Below are positions 1 to 8,386 of a DNA stretch of 19,217 bases, piece by piece. Both the position numbers and the translations under genes were made by a program. The DNA lies in assembly GCA_037380845.1 (NCBI GenBank), contig JARRRI010000055.1, forward strand, positions 1 through 19,217, read 5' to 3'. The stretch is from Candidatus Sulfobium sp. (lineage in GTDB: Bacteria; Nitrospirota; Thermodesulfovibrionia; Thermodesulfovibrionales; UBA6898). The notes beneath the pieces were generated by a model. The model was not told the DNA's origin. It searched no databases and saw nothing but the letters and a program-made list of their open reading frames with translations. Within the stretch, counting starts at the first letter, position 1. Each line of letters starts with the position of its first letter.

Positions 1-88
1 TTTTGGGCGACGAACAAGACCAGTGCAGATGAATTCGCATCCTCCGCCATTCCCCTTATCCGGCATCGGTGAGTGCATGGTCCGGGTG

Positions 89-295
89 TCAGGGTATACT
101 GTTGTTAATTGTTGAGAACAGGTTATTAACTTCCTGTCCGGTTCCTCTTAGAATAAGGATGACCACCATTGCTATCAGGATCACCAGCAGTCCATATTCA
201 GCAAGCGTTTGGCCATCTTCCCCGATTAGAGTTTTATAGCTTCCCTCAAAAAGCTTTGCAAGCAGATGCAGCAGGTCATACATCCTTGCCCCCAT
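89..295 (-). CDS. flp: Flp family type IVb (Tad) pilin
   Basis: Short ORF with prepilin cleavage G|QTLAEY (Flp EY motif) followed by a hydrophobic helix (GLLVILIAMVVILIL). The true start may be the ATG at 283. Confidence 0.9.
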   Translation of the reverse strand: MGARMYDLLHLLAKLFEGSYKTLIGEDGQTLAEYGLLVILIAMVVILILRGTGQEVNNLFSTINNSIP

Positions 296-614
296 GCTAA
301 TTTTTTTGGATGCAGCTTATGCCATGACTTATATTTATCGTACATTACAGGCTATATGTCAAGTTTTTTACCTTAAGCAGGACTCAATTTTCATTGTCGC
401 TGTTGCATTCAGATCATTCGTTGGTCTCTCTCTCCTGAACCCATATCGTGATCACGGAAATAAGAACTCCGGAACCAACCTTGATTATGCTTTTTGTTAT
501 CGCAAACCACGCCGCTTGAAATGACGAATTATTGACAAACAAGCATCTCGACAAGCTAAAAACCGGAGCCGTGCTGCCGATTAATGTTCAGAACAATTTT
601 ATGGAGCTGTATTT

Positions 615-2147
615 TTAGAACTGGCCTCTATCCAGCGTCCTGTACTGGATCGCCTCCGAGATATGGCGGGAATGGATATGTTCCGACAATTCAAGATCTG
701 CTATCGTTCGGGAAAGTTTTAGGATCCTCGCATACGCCCTCGCCGACAAACCGAGCTTCTGCATGGCGGTCTCAAGGAGGCCCCGGGCGTCGGTTTCCAG
801 CGCACAGTATTTTTTGATGTGACGGGTCTTCATCTGGCCGTTGGAATAAATCTTCTCGCCCTTGAATCTCTCAAGCTGCACTTCCCGTGCCCCCACGACT
901 CTTTTTCGTATATCATCAGACTTCTCTCCGGCGTAATCCGTCGAAAGTTCCTTGTAGGGGACAGCCGGGACTTCTATGTGTATGTCAATCCTGTCGAGAA
1001 GCGGGCCCGAGACCTTCCTCCTGTAACGGTAGATCTGGCCGGTAGTGCACGTGCATTGGTGTCTGGGGTCTGAAAAATAACCGCAGGGGCAGGGGTTCAT
1101 TGCGCTTACCAGCATAAAGGAAGCCGGATATGTAATCGAGGCCACGGCCCTGGAAACCGTTACCTCACCGTTTTCGAGGGGCTGCCTCAGGACCTCCAGG
1201 ACGTTTCTCTTGAACTCCGGAATCTCGTCCAGGAACAGAACGCCGTGGTGTGCGAGACTGACCTCGCCGGGCTTCGGGACCTGGCCGCCGCCGATCAGCG
1301 CCACATCCGAGATAGTGTGGTGAGGGGCCCTGAAAGGGCGCGTGGCAAGAAGGGGCTGGCTCTCTTTCAACGCCCCTGCGATGCTGTGAATACGGGTCGT
1401 TTCGAGGGCCTCATCGAAGTTCATGTTCGGCAGTATGGTAGACAGACGTTTTGAAAGCATGGTCTTGCCCGAACCGGGAGGACCAAGCAGAAGAACATTG
1501 TGACCGCCTGCCGCCGCCACTTCGAGAGCGCGCTTCGCATGTTCCTGTCCTTTGACCTCCGAGAAATCGTCCTCATAAACAGAGAAGCTTTTCATCGTTT
1601 CGGATATGTCGGTCTTAAAGGGGTCGGGGACCGTCACCCCCTTGAGGAAATCCACAACGTCGGGAAGACTCTTCAGGCCGTAGACATGAACACCCTCCAC
1701 TACAGCGGCTTCAGGCGCATTTTCGGAAGGCAGTACGAGTCCCCGCAATTGCTTGTCCCTGACCATGAGGGCCATGGAGAGCGCACCTCTGACAGGCTTT
1801 ATCCTTCCGTCAAGGGACAGTTCGCCAGTGAACAGGTAGCCACGGAGCGCCTCGGGCTCAATGAGTCCTTCGGAAGCAATAATGCCGACGGCGATGGGCA
1901 GGTCGAAGGCAGAGCCTTCCTTTTTCAGGTCCGCCGGTGCGAGATTGACGGTTATCTGCTTAAGCGGGAAGTTGAAGCCGATATTCTTCAGTGCGGCCCT
2001 CACCCTGTCCCGGCTCTCTTTGACAGCCGCATCGGGGAGCCCCACCATCGAGAAATGAGGCAGCCCGCGGGAAGAGATATCAACCTCTACCTCAACCTTG
2101 TGTGCCTCAATACCTATAACGCTTGCGCTCAATATGTTCGAAAGCAT
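615..2147 (-). CDS. comM: YifB/ComM family Mg-chelatase-like AAA+ ATPase
   Basis: N-terminal [16 protein letters not shown] and [14 protein letters not shown], Walker [49 protein letters not shown]. Confidence 0.96.
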   Translation of the reverse strand: MLSNILSASVIGIEAHKVEVEVDISSRGLPHFSMVGLPDAAVKESRDRVRAALKNIGFNFPLKQITVNLAPADLKKEGSAFDLPIAVGIIASEGLIEPEALRGYLFTGELSLDGRIKPVRGALSMALMVRDKQLRGLVLPSENAPEAAVVEGVHVYGLKSLPDVVDFLKGVTVPDPFKTDISETMKSFSVYEDDFSEVKGQEHAKRALEVAAAGGHNVLLLGPPGSGKTMLSKRLSTILPNMNFDEALETTRIHSIAGALKESQPLLATRPFRAPHHTISDVALIGGGQVPKPGEVSLAHHGVLFLDEIPEFKRNVLEVLRQPLENGEVTVSRAVASITYPASFMLVSAMNPCPCGYFSDPRHQCTCTTGQIYRYRRKVSGPLLDRIDIHIEVPAVPYKELSTDYAGEKSDDIRKRVVGAREVQLERFKGEKIYSNGQMKTRHIKKYCALETDARGLLETAMQKLGLSARAYARILKLSRTIADLELSEHIHSRHISEAIQYRTLDRGQF

Positions 2148-2290
2148 GTTGAAAGAGCCGTATCATTAAAATAAGAGCCAGGTTTCTCTCACGCTAAGGG
2201 ACGGCGGAAAGAAGGAACGTGATCACCCGGCTAAGGATACCATTAAGCAACAATTGAGGGCAAGATATTTTTTGGTGTCTAAGAAAGACT

Positions 2291-2319
2291 TACCCCCTTG
2301 CCTTGCGACAAGGGGGGTA
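2291..2319 (-). terminator. Probable intrinsic terminator after the CBS gene
   Basis: Hairpin TACCCCCTTG...CAAGGGGGGTA just past the CBS stop codon; the minus-strand tail (AGTCTTTCTT) is only moderately U-rich. Confidence 0.5.
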
Positions 2320-2334
2320 CTTCTCTATTCTTCT

Positions 2335-2736
2335 CTATTCCTCAAAAAAGGTATAGAGATGCGGTTCCACATACGTATCTACTATTTCGCGTCCGCTCAC
2401 TATTCCGAGGAGTTTGTTTCCTTTAACTATGGGAATAACCGAATAATTATTCTCCACCATCATTTTTGAAAGCTCCTCAAGAGGAGTATCGGGGTCTGCC
2501 GTCACAGGTACTTTCGACATGACTTTTTCCGCCGTGATATTGTTCATTTCGGCGCCTTCCTCCTTGGCCGCCTTGAGAATGTCACACATTGTTACGACCC
2601 CTTCAACTTCCCGCTTGTCGTTGATGACGGGAAGACCCGGGCAGCCCGTCGCCATCAGCTTGAAGACTACCTCTCTCCCCGGCATGTCTTTCTTCACCGC
2701 CGTTCTCTGACACATTATATACTTTGCACGTATCAT
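2335..2736 (-). CDS. CBS-domain pair protein
   Basis: Two CBS repeats (GLPVIN..VEGVVT..DI; VIPIV..LLGIVS..EI); RBS AAAGGAG upstream. Confidence 0.9.
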   Translation of the reverse strand: MIRAKYIMCQRTAVKKDMPGREVVFKLMATGCPGLPVINDKREVEGVVTMCDILKAAKEEGAEMNNITAEKVMSKVPVTADPDTPLEELSKMMVENNYSVIPIVKGNKLLGIVSGREIVDTYVEPHLYTFFEE

Positions 2737-2833
2737 TTCTCGTCTCTCCTTTCCATTGATGTTTCCCGTTTCAGGGATTTGCGCACAGCGTAATCCGTTT
2801 GGGCATAAAGCAATCTTTAAGACCCCTACATCA

Positions 2834-2862
2834 ATAATATAATAAAGTTATTACTTTGTCAA
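2834..2862 (-). promoter_or_regulatory. Sigma70 promoter of the CBS gene with a palindromic operator-like spacer
   Basis: TTGACA-N17-TATTAT on the minus strand; the spacer contains the dyad AAAGT-AATA-ACTTT. Confidence 0.75.
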
Positions 2863-2924
2863 TTGATTGCGAAACTCCTCTGTGGGTCGCAAGCCAGACC
2901 AGGATAATAGAGCCCGTCAGTACC

Positions 2925-4544
2925 TCAATTATGGTTAGCAGGCGTATAAAGAATAAATCCTTGCACTTCCCTTTTTTGCCAGCCTGATCTCTCAGCATAA
3001 TCTATTAAGGACTCTTCCAGGAAAATGTTTTCGAAGCCGACAAGGACAGCGTCAGGCGGCTCCTGCTGAAGAAGCGCCGGCAATGAACGCGGATCGGTGC
3101 TCACAGCAATCCGGTGCTGGTAATCGGAAAAAAAGCGGCCATATCTGAAAAGGAAAGGACCGGTTGACAATTCCGGATATATCCTTTCCCCTCCTTCGAG
3201 AGCGAATATTGGGGCGAGGGTAAGAATGAACTTATCGGGACCTGTAATCTCTGAAACATTCCCGGAAATCGTGTAGACCCTGGCCGGGATCCATTCTTTT
3301 TTTGAAAAAGCAAATTTGATTTTTTCAGGTATATCTTTGTTCTGGATAGTTGATATAACAGCGCTCAGGATAAAAAGACCGGCGCCCAGATATAAGATCA
3401 TCTTCTTTCTCGGTTCTCTTTTAGCGGCGGTTATGCTGCCGGAAACAACAAAGGCAACACTCATAAGAATAAATGGCAGCGGGGCGGCAAAATATTGAAT
3501 CCATGCCGGAGTGACTGCAAAAGCAGCAATAGACATTGCGGCCGCCAGCGAGAAAGAAAGGATAAAAGGTGTTTTCCTCCAGAAAGGGTACCTGTATATA
3601 GTGACTGCCAAAATGCAGAAGAAAAGAAAGAGAAGGAGGCTTGCCCGATAAGGGGGGCTTTTTAAAATGGTGACGCCCAGAAGCAGTTTTTCCTTAAGAC
3701 TTATGGCAGCCTGCCAACCAGGCCTCCAATGCTGAGCACCGGTAATAAAAAAATATTCTAGTGTGTCGAAGATAAATGAGCGGGGAGCTTTAAAAAAATA
3801 GTAAACCGCGGCGGCTGAGGACATGGCTGCGCCCGCACAAAAGGGCAGGAGCAATTTCTTAAACCGAACACTCCGGGAAGCAGAAGCCGGGACCGGAACA
3901 AGTGATGCCAGCACAAGAAAAATTGGGAGAACGGCAAAAGCAAAACTCAGTCGTGTAAAAACAGCTACACCACCAAGAAAGCCGGCCAGAAATAGCCGAT
4001 GTGTCCTAAAAGGCTTCGAAAAATCGAAGTCTGCCACAATAAGGCATGAAATTACTATGCAGAGAACAGGAAGAGAATGGTTCCACGCAAACCCGCCGGC
4101 CAACTGTACCACCGGACTGAATGCGTACAGGACTGCCGCGGAAGTTCCCATAATGATACCGTAGATCCTTTGATTACGGAAAGCATGGAGGAACACCAGC
4201 AGGACAAGTGACATCGTGAGTACCGAACAAGCTACTGAAAAAACCCTTCCTACAAAAAGATAATTAGTTGTTTTAAAGATTGTGAAAAGAAAAGCGTATA
4301 TAAGGGGGAGGATGGGCATGTGCAGATAGGCGAAATCCTTGTACATGACTTTTCCAGAGGCTATGAGAGCCCCGGCGGCGCAGTACATGTTTTCGTCATG
4401 GACAAACCCCTGCATTGCCGATCCAAACAAGAAAAAGGTCAGTATTGCCATGACTGTGGCAGCAATGGCGTAAATTATGACATTATGCCATGTCACCGTT
4501 TTACGTACTGACTGCCCTGCAACGGTACGTGTAAAGAGTGCCAT
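2925..4544 (-). CDS. GT-C fold polytopic membrane glycosyltransferase (ArnT/PMT, GT39/GT83-like)
   Basis: Many hydrophobic helices, acidic HDE..Y motif after TM1, YKDF.YLHMP.LP and GR motifs, soluble C-terminal domain. Confidence 0.75.
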   Translation of the reverse strand: MALFTRTVAGQSVRKTVTWHNVIIYAIAATVMAILTFFLFGSAMQGFVHDENMYCAAGALIASGKVMYKDFAYLHMPILPLIYAFLFTIFKTTNYLFVGRVFSVACSVLTMSLVLLVFLHAFRNQRIYGIIMGTSAAVLYAFSPVVQLAGGFAWNHSLPVLCIVISCLIVADFDFSKPFRTHRLFLAGFLGGVAVFTRLSFAFAVLPIFLVLASLVPVPASASRSVRFKKLLLPFCAGAAMSSAAAVYYFFKAPRSFIFDTLEYFFITGAQHWRPGWQAAISLKEKLLLGVTILKSPPYRASLLLFLFFCILAVTIYRYPFWRKTPFILSFSLAAAMSIAAFAVTPAWIQYFAAPLPFILMSVAFVVSGSITAAKREPRKKMILYLGAGLFILSAVISTIQNKDIPEKIKFAFSKKEWIPARVYTISGNVSEITGPDKFILTLAPIFALEGGERIYPELSTGPFLFRYGRFFSDYQHRIAVSTDPRSLPALLQQEPPDAVLVGFENIFLEESLIDYAERSGWQKREVQGFILYTPANHN

Positions 4545-4581
4545 TTAATTTACATAAACTAATTTCTATTTTTAATCACGG

Positions 4582-4590
4582 ATTATACCA
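4582..4590 (-). promoter_or_regulatory. Extended -10 promoter for the glycosyltransferase
   Basis: TGGTATAAT on the minus strand, about 38 nt upstream of the ATG; no clear -35. Confidence 0.55.
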
Positions 4591-4786
4591 TGTTTCATGC
4601 GCGGTCGATTTCAACAAGTAATCCTCTTTTGTGTGCATTTTGGGTAGGACGTAATTCTCTTACTTGAAAGCGCTACGGACGACAACTTCTTTAGATTGCC
4701 CATGTGAGCCGGATACCGCGGACTATGTGCTCACCGTCCGCCGGGACAGTCTTGGCAACTGCAAATAATCAGCGGGCCGATCGGCA

Positions 4787-4815
4787 AAATAAAGCTGTTC
4801 CCCGGCCCGGAACAG
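4787..4815 (-). terminator. Probable trxB terminator
   Basis: Stem CTGTTCC/GGAACAG followed on the minus strand by CTTTATTTT, directly after the stop codon. Confidence 0.55.
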
Positions 4816-4819
4816 TCGC

Positions 4820-5761
4820 TCAGGACAAACCTGTCCTGTCCTTCTTCAGTTCGACGTAATGCGCCGCGGCCAGCGCTGCGATGCATCCATCGGACGCCGC
4901 CACCACTATCTGGTTGGCGAACTTCTGCCGGAGGTCCCCTGCAGCAAATATCCCTGGGACATTCGTCTCACACCTCTCATTTGTGACGACAAACCCCTGC
5001 TCGTTCATCCGGACCTCAGGCGGGATCAACTGATTATTGGGGGAGTATCCGATGAATATGAAGACCCCCTCAATAGGGAACTCTCCTTTCTCTCCGGTTC
5101 TTGTATCTTCATATAATACGGCCTCAACACTCTTGCCGTCTCCCTTGATTTCCGAGATAATCGTGTTCCAGATTACCTCAATTCCAGGCTCACTCATAAG
5201 GCGGTCCTGGAGTATCCTGCTGGCGCGAAGAGAGTCTCGCCTGTGGACAAGGAATACCTTCTTCGTCAGTTTCGCCAGATACAGCGCCTCTTCGACTGCC
5301 GTGTCACCCCCTCCCACAACCGCGACCGTCTTGTTTCTGAAGAAGAAGCCGTCGCAGGTGGCACAGTAGGAAACGCCGCTTCCGAGATATTCGGCTTCGC
5401 CGGGAATGCCGAGTTTACGCACCGAACCGCCTGCGGCGAGAATAAGGGCATGCGTCTGAAACACATCACCGTTTGCGAGTCTGACGGCGTGCCGGTCCTG
5501 CCCTGCGTTTACTGACGCAACTTCCCGCTGGGCGACCTCCAGTCCGAAGGAAGTGGCGTGCTGAAGCATTTTTTCAGCCAGCTCGAAGCCGCTTATGGCC
5601 TCAAGGCCGGGGTAGTTTTCAACGTCTTTCGATATGGCTATCTGCCCGCCGGGCATCCCCTTCTCAAAAAGGATAGTCTTAAGCCCGGCCCTTTTGCTGT
5701 AAAGTCCGGCGGAGAGACCTGCAGGCCCTCCCCCTACTATGATCACTTCATAATCCTGCAT
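4820..5761 (-). CDS. trxB: Thioredoxin-disulfide reductase
   Basis: GGGPAG FAD motif, redox motif CATCDG, GGGDTAVEEA NADPH motif, HRR, T..PGIFAAGD. Confidence 0.97.
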   Translation of the reverse strand: MQDYEVIIVGGGPAGLSAGLYSKRAGLKTILFEKGMPGGQIAISKDVENYPGLEAISGFELAEKMLQHATSFGLEVAQREVASVNAGQDRHAVRLANGDVFQTHALILAAGGSVRKLGIPGEAEYLGSGVSYCATCDGFFFRNKTVAVVGGGDTAVEEALYLAKLTKKVFLVHRRDSLRASRILQDRLMSEPGIEVIWNTIISEIKGDGKSVEAVLYEDTRTGEKGEFPIEGVFIFIGYSPNNQLIPPEVRMNEQGFVVTNERCETNVPGIFAAGDLRQKFANQIVVAASDGCIAALAAAHYVELKKDRTGLS

Positions 5762-5786
5762 TCAATATCCTCTTCCACATAAAACC

Positions 5787-5795
5787 ATAATATCA
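5787..5795 (-). promoter_or_regulatory. Extended -10 promoter candidate for trxB
   Basis: TGATATTAT on the minus strand, upstream of RBS GAGGA. Confidence 0.45.
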
Positions 5796-5820
5796 TTTCA
5801 GGCCCGGGAGGAAAACATAT

Positions 5821-6046
5821 TAGAACCTGTTCCAAATCACCCTTCGAAATAATCCGTCATCCTCGCGAAGTCTACCCGCCCGACTCACGGCGGGTTTACC
5901 CGCCGCGGCATCCCGGAGGCGACCAGGGGCGGGGCCCTCTTCAGGCATCGAAAAACATGTTTCCTGCCTGCCGGCAGGCCCGCCTCCGCGGGAATGGCGC
6001 AGACATACGCCATATCGGTAAAAAATCAATTTTGAGACAGGTTCTA
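5821..6046. mobile_element. Non-autonomous MITE (IS5-like ends) containing nested REP-type repeats
   Basis: Terminal inverted repeats TTAGAACCTGTtccAAAT / ATTTTgagACAGGTTCTAA with a TA dinucleotide at both ends; no transposase; internal palindromes. Confidence 0.7.
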
Positions 6047-6067
6047 AAATACGGAAACCTGAAGTCT

Positions 6068-6889
6068 CTATTTTCCGAGAATTTTACGGATCTTCTTCAG
6101 CAGGGAAGTGCGGATGTTGACCCTCAGAAAAAGGTTGCCCGGTTCGCCGCCGTGCTTCCCCTCCTCGCCAAGCCCCCTGAGTTTTATCTTCTGTCCCTCT
6201 CTTATACGGGGCGGGATCTTGACCAGCAACTCCCGTGAAGTGCCGCGTTTATTATAAAGATAATGCACCTTGCCTCCCGAGGAAGCTTCCTCCGGGGTAA
6301 TCCGGATGACATCGTACCAATCTTTTCCGTTTTCCGGCAGATCGATTCCCATTTTCTTCGCCGCCATCTTCTGGAAAAGATCCGCACCTTTCAGCATTAC
6401 CTTTGAGAAAACCGGATGACCGCCTCTCGTCCTCAACCTCTCACTGTAATTCCGTCCCATCGGCCCGAAAGTGAAGAAGCCGCGGCCGGAATAGCCGGGC
6501 CCCCTGAATTCAAATGTCCGGTAATGCGGGCCATAAAACCCGGATTTACTGAAGATGTCTTCAGGTCTGTTAAAGCCGAATACCTTGCTGAACTCTTCAA
6601 AGACCTGTCCGATATCTGAATCCCGGAAAATGTCCTGGTCGGTATAGGTACGCCTGAAATGGTCCCTCGCAAAGGAACCGTATGACTGCCTCAAGGCGTC
6701 GTATTCTTTCCTCTTCGCAGGATTCGAGAGAACGGCATAGGCCTCGTTGATCTCCTTCATCAGTTCCTCGTTGCCCTGACTCCTGTCGGGATGATAGCGG
6801 AAGGCAAGGTTGCGGTAAGCCTTTTTTATATCGCCGGAGGCCGCGCCTTCGCTCACGCCCAGAACTTTGTAGTAATCCTTCTGATCCAT
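6068..6889 (-). CDS. J-domain (DnaJ/CbpA-like) co-chaperone without zinc finger
   Basis: [11 protein letters not shown] motif, [11 protein letters not shown]-rich linker; C-terminal DnaJ_C segment (VKIPP...[10 protein letters not shown]...GNLFL). Confidence 0.9.
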   Translation of the reverse strand: MDQKDYYKVLGVSEGAASGDIKKAYRNLAFRYHPDRSQGNEELMKEINEAYAVLSNPAKRKEYDALRQSYGSFARDHFRRTYTDQDIFRDSDIGQVFEEFSKVFGFNRPEDIFSKSGFYGPHYRTFEFRGPGYSGRGFFTFGPMGRNYSERLRTRGGHPVFSKVMLKGADLFQKMAAKKMGIDLPENGKDWYDVIRITPEEASSGGKVHYLYNKRGTSRELLVKIPPRIREGQKIKLRGLGEEGKHGGEPGNLFLRVNIRTSLLKKIRKILGK

Positions 6890-7043
6890 ATTTTTTCTGC
6901 GGGTATTTTCGTAGACCCTTATTTACAATCTTCACCCATTCTGCAGGAGAATTTCAAGAAAGAGATAATTCACGCCGCCTCTCCGCCCGGCTTCACATTA
7001 TCTTCACCAAAAGGGTCCATAATAAAAAAAGAGGTGATTTTTC

Positions 7044-7469
7044 GTGATTGGAATAGTGAAAAGTATCGACGGATCAACAGCGAGGGTTTTCGTGGAGGAA
7101 GGGCCGGGGTGTTGCGATCAGTGCCGGAAGGATACGTGTGACATAAGTGCCAGAGGTGTAGAAACAGAGGCTTTCAATCTGGCCCGTGCAAAAGTGGGTC
7201 AAAAAGTAAACGTCGACATGAAGACCGTAACATATCTGAAGGGAACTCTTATCTTCTATGTGCTTCCGGTTCTGGCTCTGTTTATAGGTGCGATCCTCGG
7301 CTGGGATTATCTTCCCTCGTATTTCGGCGCAACAGATCCAAACCTTCTCGGCGCAGCAGGGGGATTTTTCCTGTTTCTGCTTTCGCTCATATTCGTCAAG
7401 CTCCTGGCAGGGAGAATGGAAAAGAAGACCGAGCACAGGTCCGTTATCGAGTCGGTAATAGAAGATTAA
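7044..7469 (+). CDS. rseC: RseC/MucC (SoxR-reducing system) family membrane protein
   Basis: CxxCxxxxC cluster, AKVGQKV, YVLP motif and two TM helices; GTG start after GAGGTG. Confidence 0.8.
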   Translation: MIGIVKSIDGSTARVFVEEGPGCCDQCRKDTCDISARGVETEAFNLARAKVGQKVNVDMKTVTYLKGTLIFYVLPVLALFIGAILGWDYLPSYFGATDPNLLGAAGGFFLFLLSLIFVKLLAGRMEKKTEHRSVIESVIED

Positions 7470-7486
7470 GTGAGCGGACTTGAGCA

Positions 7487-7539
7487 TTAAGATTTCTTAA
7501 TCTGCAGTTAATCTTTTCTTAATAAGAGCGAGTTAGAAT
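7487..7539 (+). promoter_or_regulatory. Four phased direct repeats plus a -10 box (OmpR/PhoB-type activated promoter)
   Basis: TTAAG 7487, TTAAT 7497, 7508 and 7519 (10/11/11 bp period), ending 10 bp before TAGAAT (7534-7539); no -35 hexamer. Confidence 0.55.
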
Positions 7540-7543
7540 GTTT

Positions 7544-7654
7544 GTAGCAGTAACCCTCCGTTAGTCCTGGCGCCCCCCAGGACGAACAAAGGCGCTCGAA
7601 AATCAGAGGCCGGGCCTCCCCACCTCCTTTCAGCCCGGCCTCCGGCTACCTTTT
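7544..7654 (+). ncRNA. Candidate structured small RNA with C-rich / anti-SD loops (strand not certain)
   Basis: Closing helix GTAGC/GCTAC followed by TTTT; hairpin GTCCTGG-cgcccc-CCAGGAC; perfect 10-bp hairpin GAGGCCGGGC/GCCCGGCCTC with loop CTCCCCACCTCCTTTCA; lies between convergent genes with no credible ORF. Confidence 0.55.
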
Positions 7655-7687
7655 AAACAAAGTCTACCATTATAGGGGAAACTTTCC

Positions 7688-7703
7688 TGTGATTCCGGTC
7701 ACA
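7688..7703. promoter_or_regulatory. CRP/FNR-family operator-like palindrome
   Basis: TGTGA-TTCCGG-TCACA, an exact match to the CRP core consensus. Confidence 0.45.
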
Positions 7704-7729
7704 GATATGATGCTCGCCGGCGTGAGGAC

Positions 7730-8104
7730 TTATTCCTCGTCCCCGGGGCCTTCCCGACGCTTATTCACGATGCGTTTCACCGCCGCCTTGAGTTCCCGAA
7801 AATCCCCGGATTTTACGACGTATGCATCAGAGGTGTCGCATGCCAGATCATACATGTAATCGAACGCCGTATGCATGATTACCGGCACGTTCCTCCTGAT
7901 CTCTTTCATGCGGGTGAGCAGTTCAAGACCGTCCACATCGGGCAGTTTGATATCCAGGACGACAAGTTCGGGGTTTTCCCTGCGGAAGGTCTCCATGGCG
8001 CCTGCGCCCGTAAAGGCCGTCATAACCTCATAACCCTCTTCTTCGAGTTCCTCCTTGCAGAGCCTCCCCAGGTCCGGATCATCGTCTACAACCAGGATTT
8101 TCAT
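7730..8104 (-). CDS. Single-domain response regulator (receiver domain)
   Basis: ILVVDDD, phosphoacceptor in LVVLDIKLP, HTA, conserved K; RBS AAGGAG favours the ATG at 8104 over the GTG at 8110. Confidence 0.93.
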   Translation of the reverse strand: MKILVVDDDPDLGRLCKEELEEEGYEVMTAFTGAGAMETFRRENPELVVLDIKLPDVDGLELLTRMKEIRRNVPVIMHTAFDYMYDLACDTSDAYVVKSGDFRELKAAVKRIVNKRREGPGDEE

Positions 8105-8205
8105 TCTCACTCCTTACTGAGAAAAATCATTACAGGTTTTTGTCAAATTAAAAGCCTGCTTTTATATTTTCCCACTCAGCAAGGAAGAGAATCAAGAATT
8201 TTTTT

Positions 8206-8231
8206 GTCATTCCCGTACAGACGGGAATCCA
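8206..8231. repeat. REP-like palindrome (GTCATTCCCG..CGGGAATCCA class)
   Basis: GTCATTCCCGTACAGACGGGAATCCA, with stem ATTCCCGT/ACGGGAAT. Confidence 0.75.
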
Positions 8232-8386
8232 ATTTTTCTGTAACTAAAGCAGCGCTCACCAAACACCATAAAGCCGGAGATCGCAGAAACATGATTCTGG
8301 TAGCCATCACCCCAAAAACCAAGACTCGACATCCGGAATGGATTCGGGTAATCTTTTTATGAAGATCTCAAAAAGGAGAAAGAGAA

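Noticed and set aside
1..78. Possible start of a gene downstream of flp (minus-strand ATGs at 78, 50 and 40)
   Set aside because: Too little sequence to choose a frame or assign a product.
320..334. TGGCATAAGCTGCAT upstream of flp as a sigma54 promoter
   Set aside because: The GG-to-GC spacing is 2 bp too short; sigma54 requires exact spacing.
501..581. GCAAACC...AGCCGTGCTGCCGA resembling the ends of a cyclic-dinucleotide (GEMM-I) riboswitch near the pilin
   Set aside because: Wrong strand for the pilin, and it lacks the GNRA hairpin and GACGCAAAGC core.
1500..2174. 224-aa ORF antisense to comM, and similar overlapping ORFs across trxB and the ABC genes (e.g. 13603-14340, 14377-15126)
   Set aside because: Alternative-frame or antisense shadows of well-supported genes.
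2321..2340. 10-bp tandem duplication TTCTCTATTC at the CBS stop codon
   Set aside because: Only two copies; most likely replication slippage with no evident function.
5820..6029. 69-aa ORF in the trxB-dnaJ spacer
   Set aside because: Lies entirely within the MITE/REP composite; not transposase-like.
7543..7549. TGTAGCA identical to the putative integrase arm repeats, suggesting a second att site
   Set aside because: A single 7-mer with no tRNA fragment nearby; the same 7-mer occurs by chance inside int.
7560..7598. GCGCCAGGACT on the minus strand resembling the glmS ribozyme start
   Set aside because: No downstream GACGAGG core and no glmS gene.
7604..7630. Type I toxin ORF after the minus-strand AAAGGAGGTG
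   Set aside because: No start codon at usable spacing; the only GTG gives 6 codons with no hydrophobic peptide.
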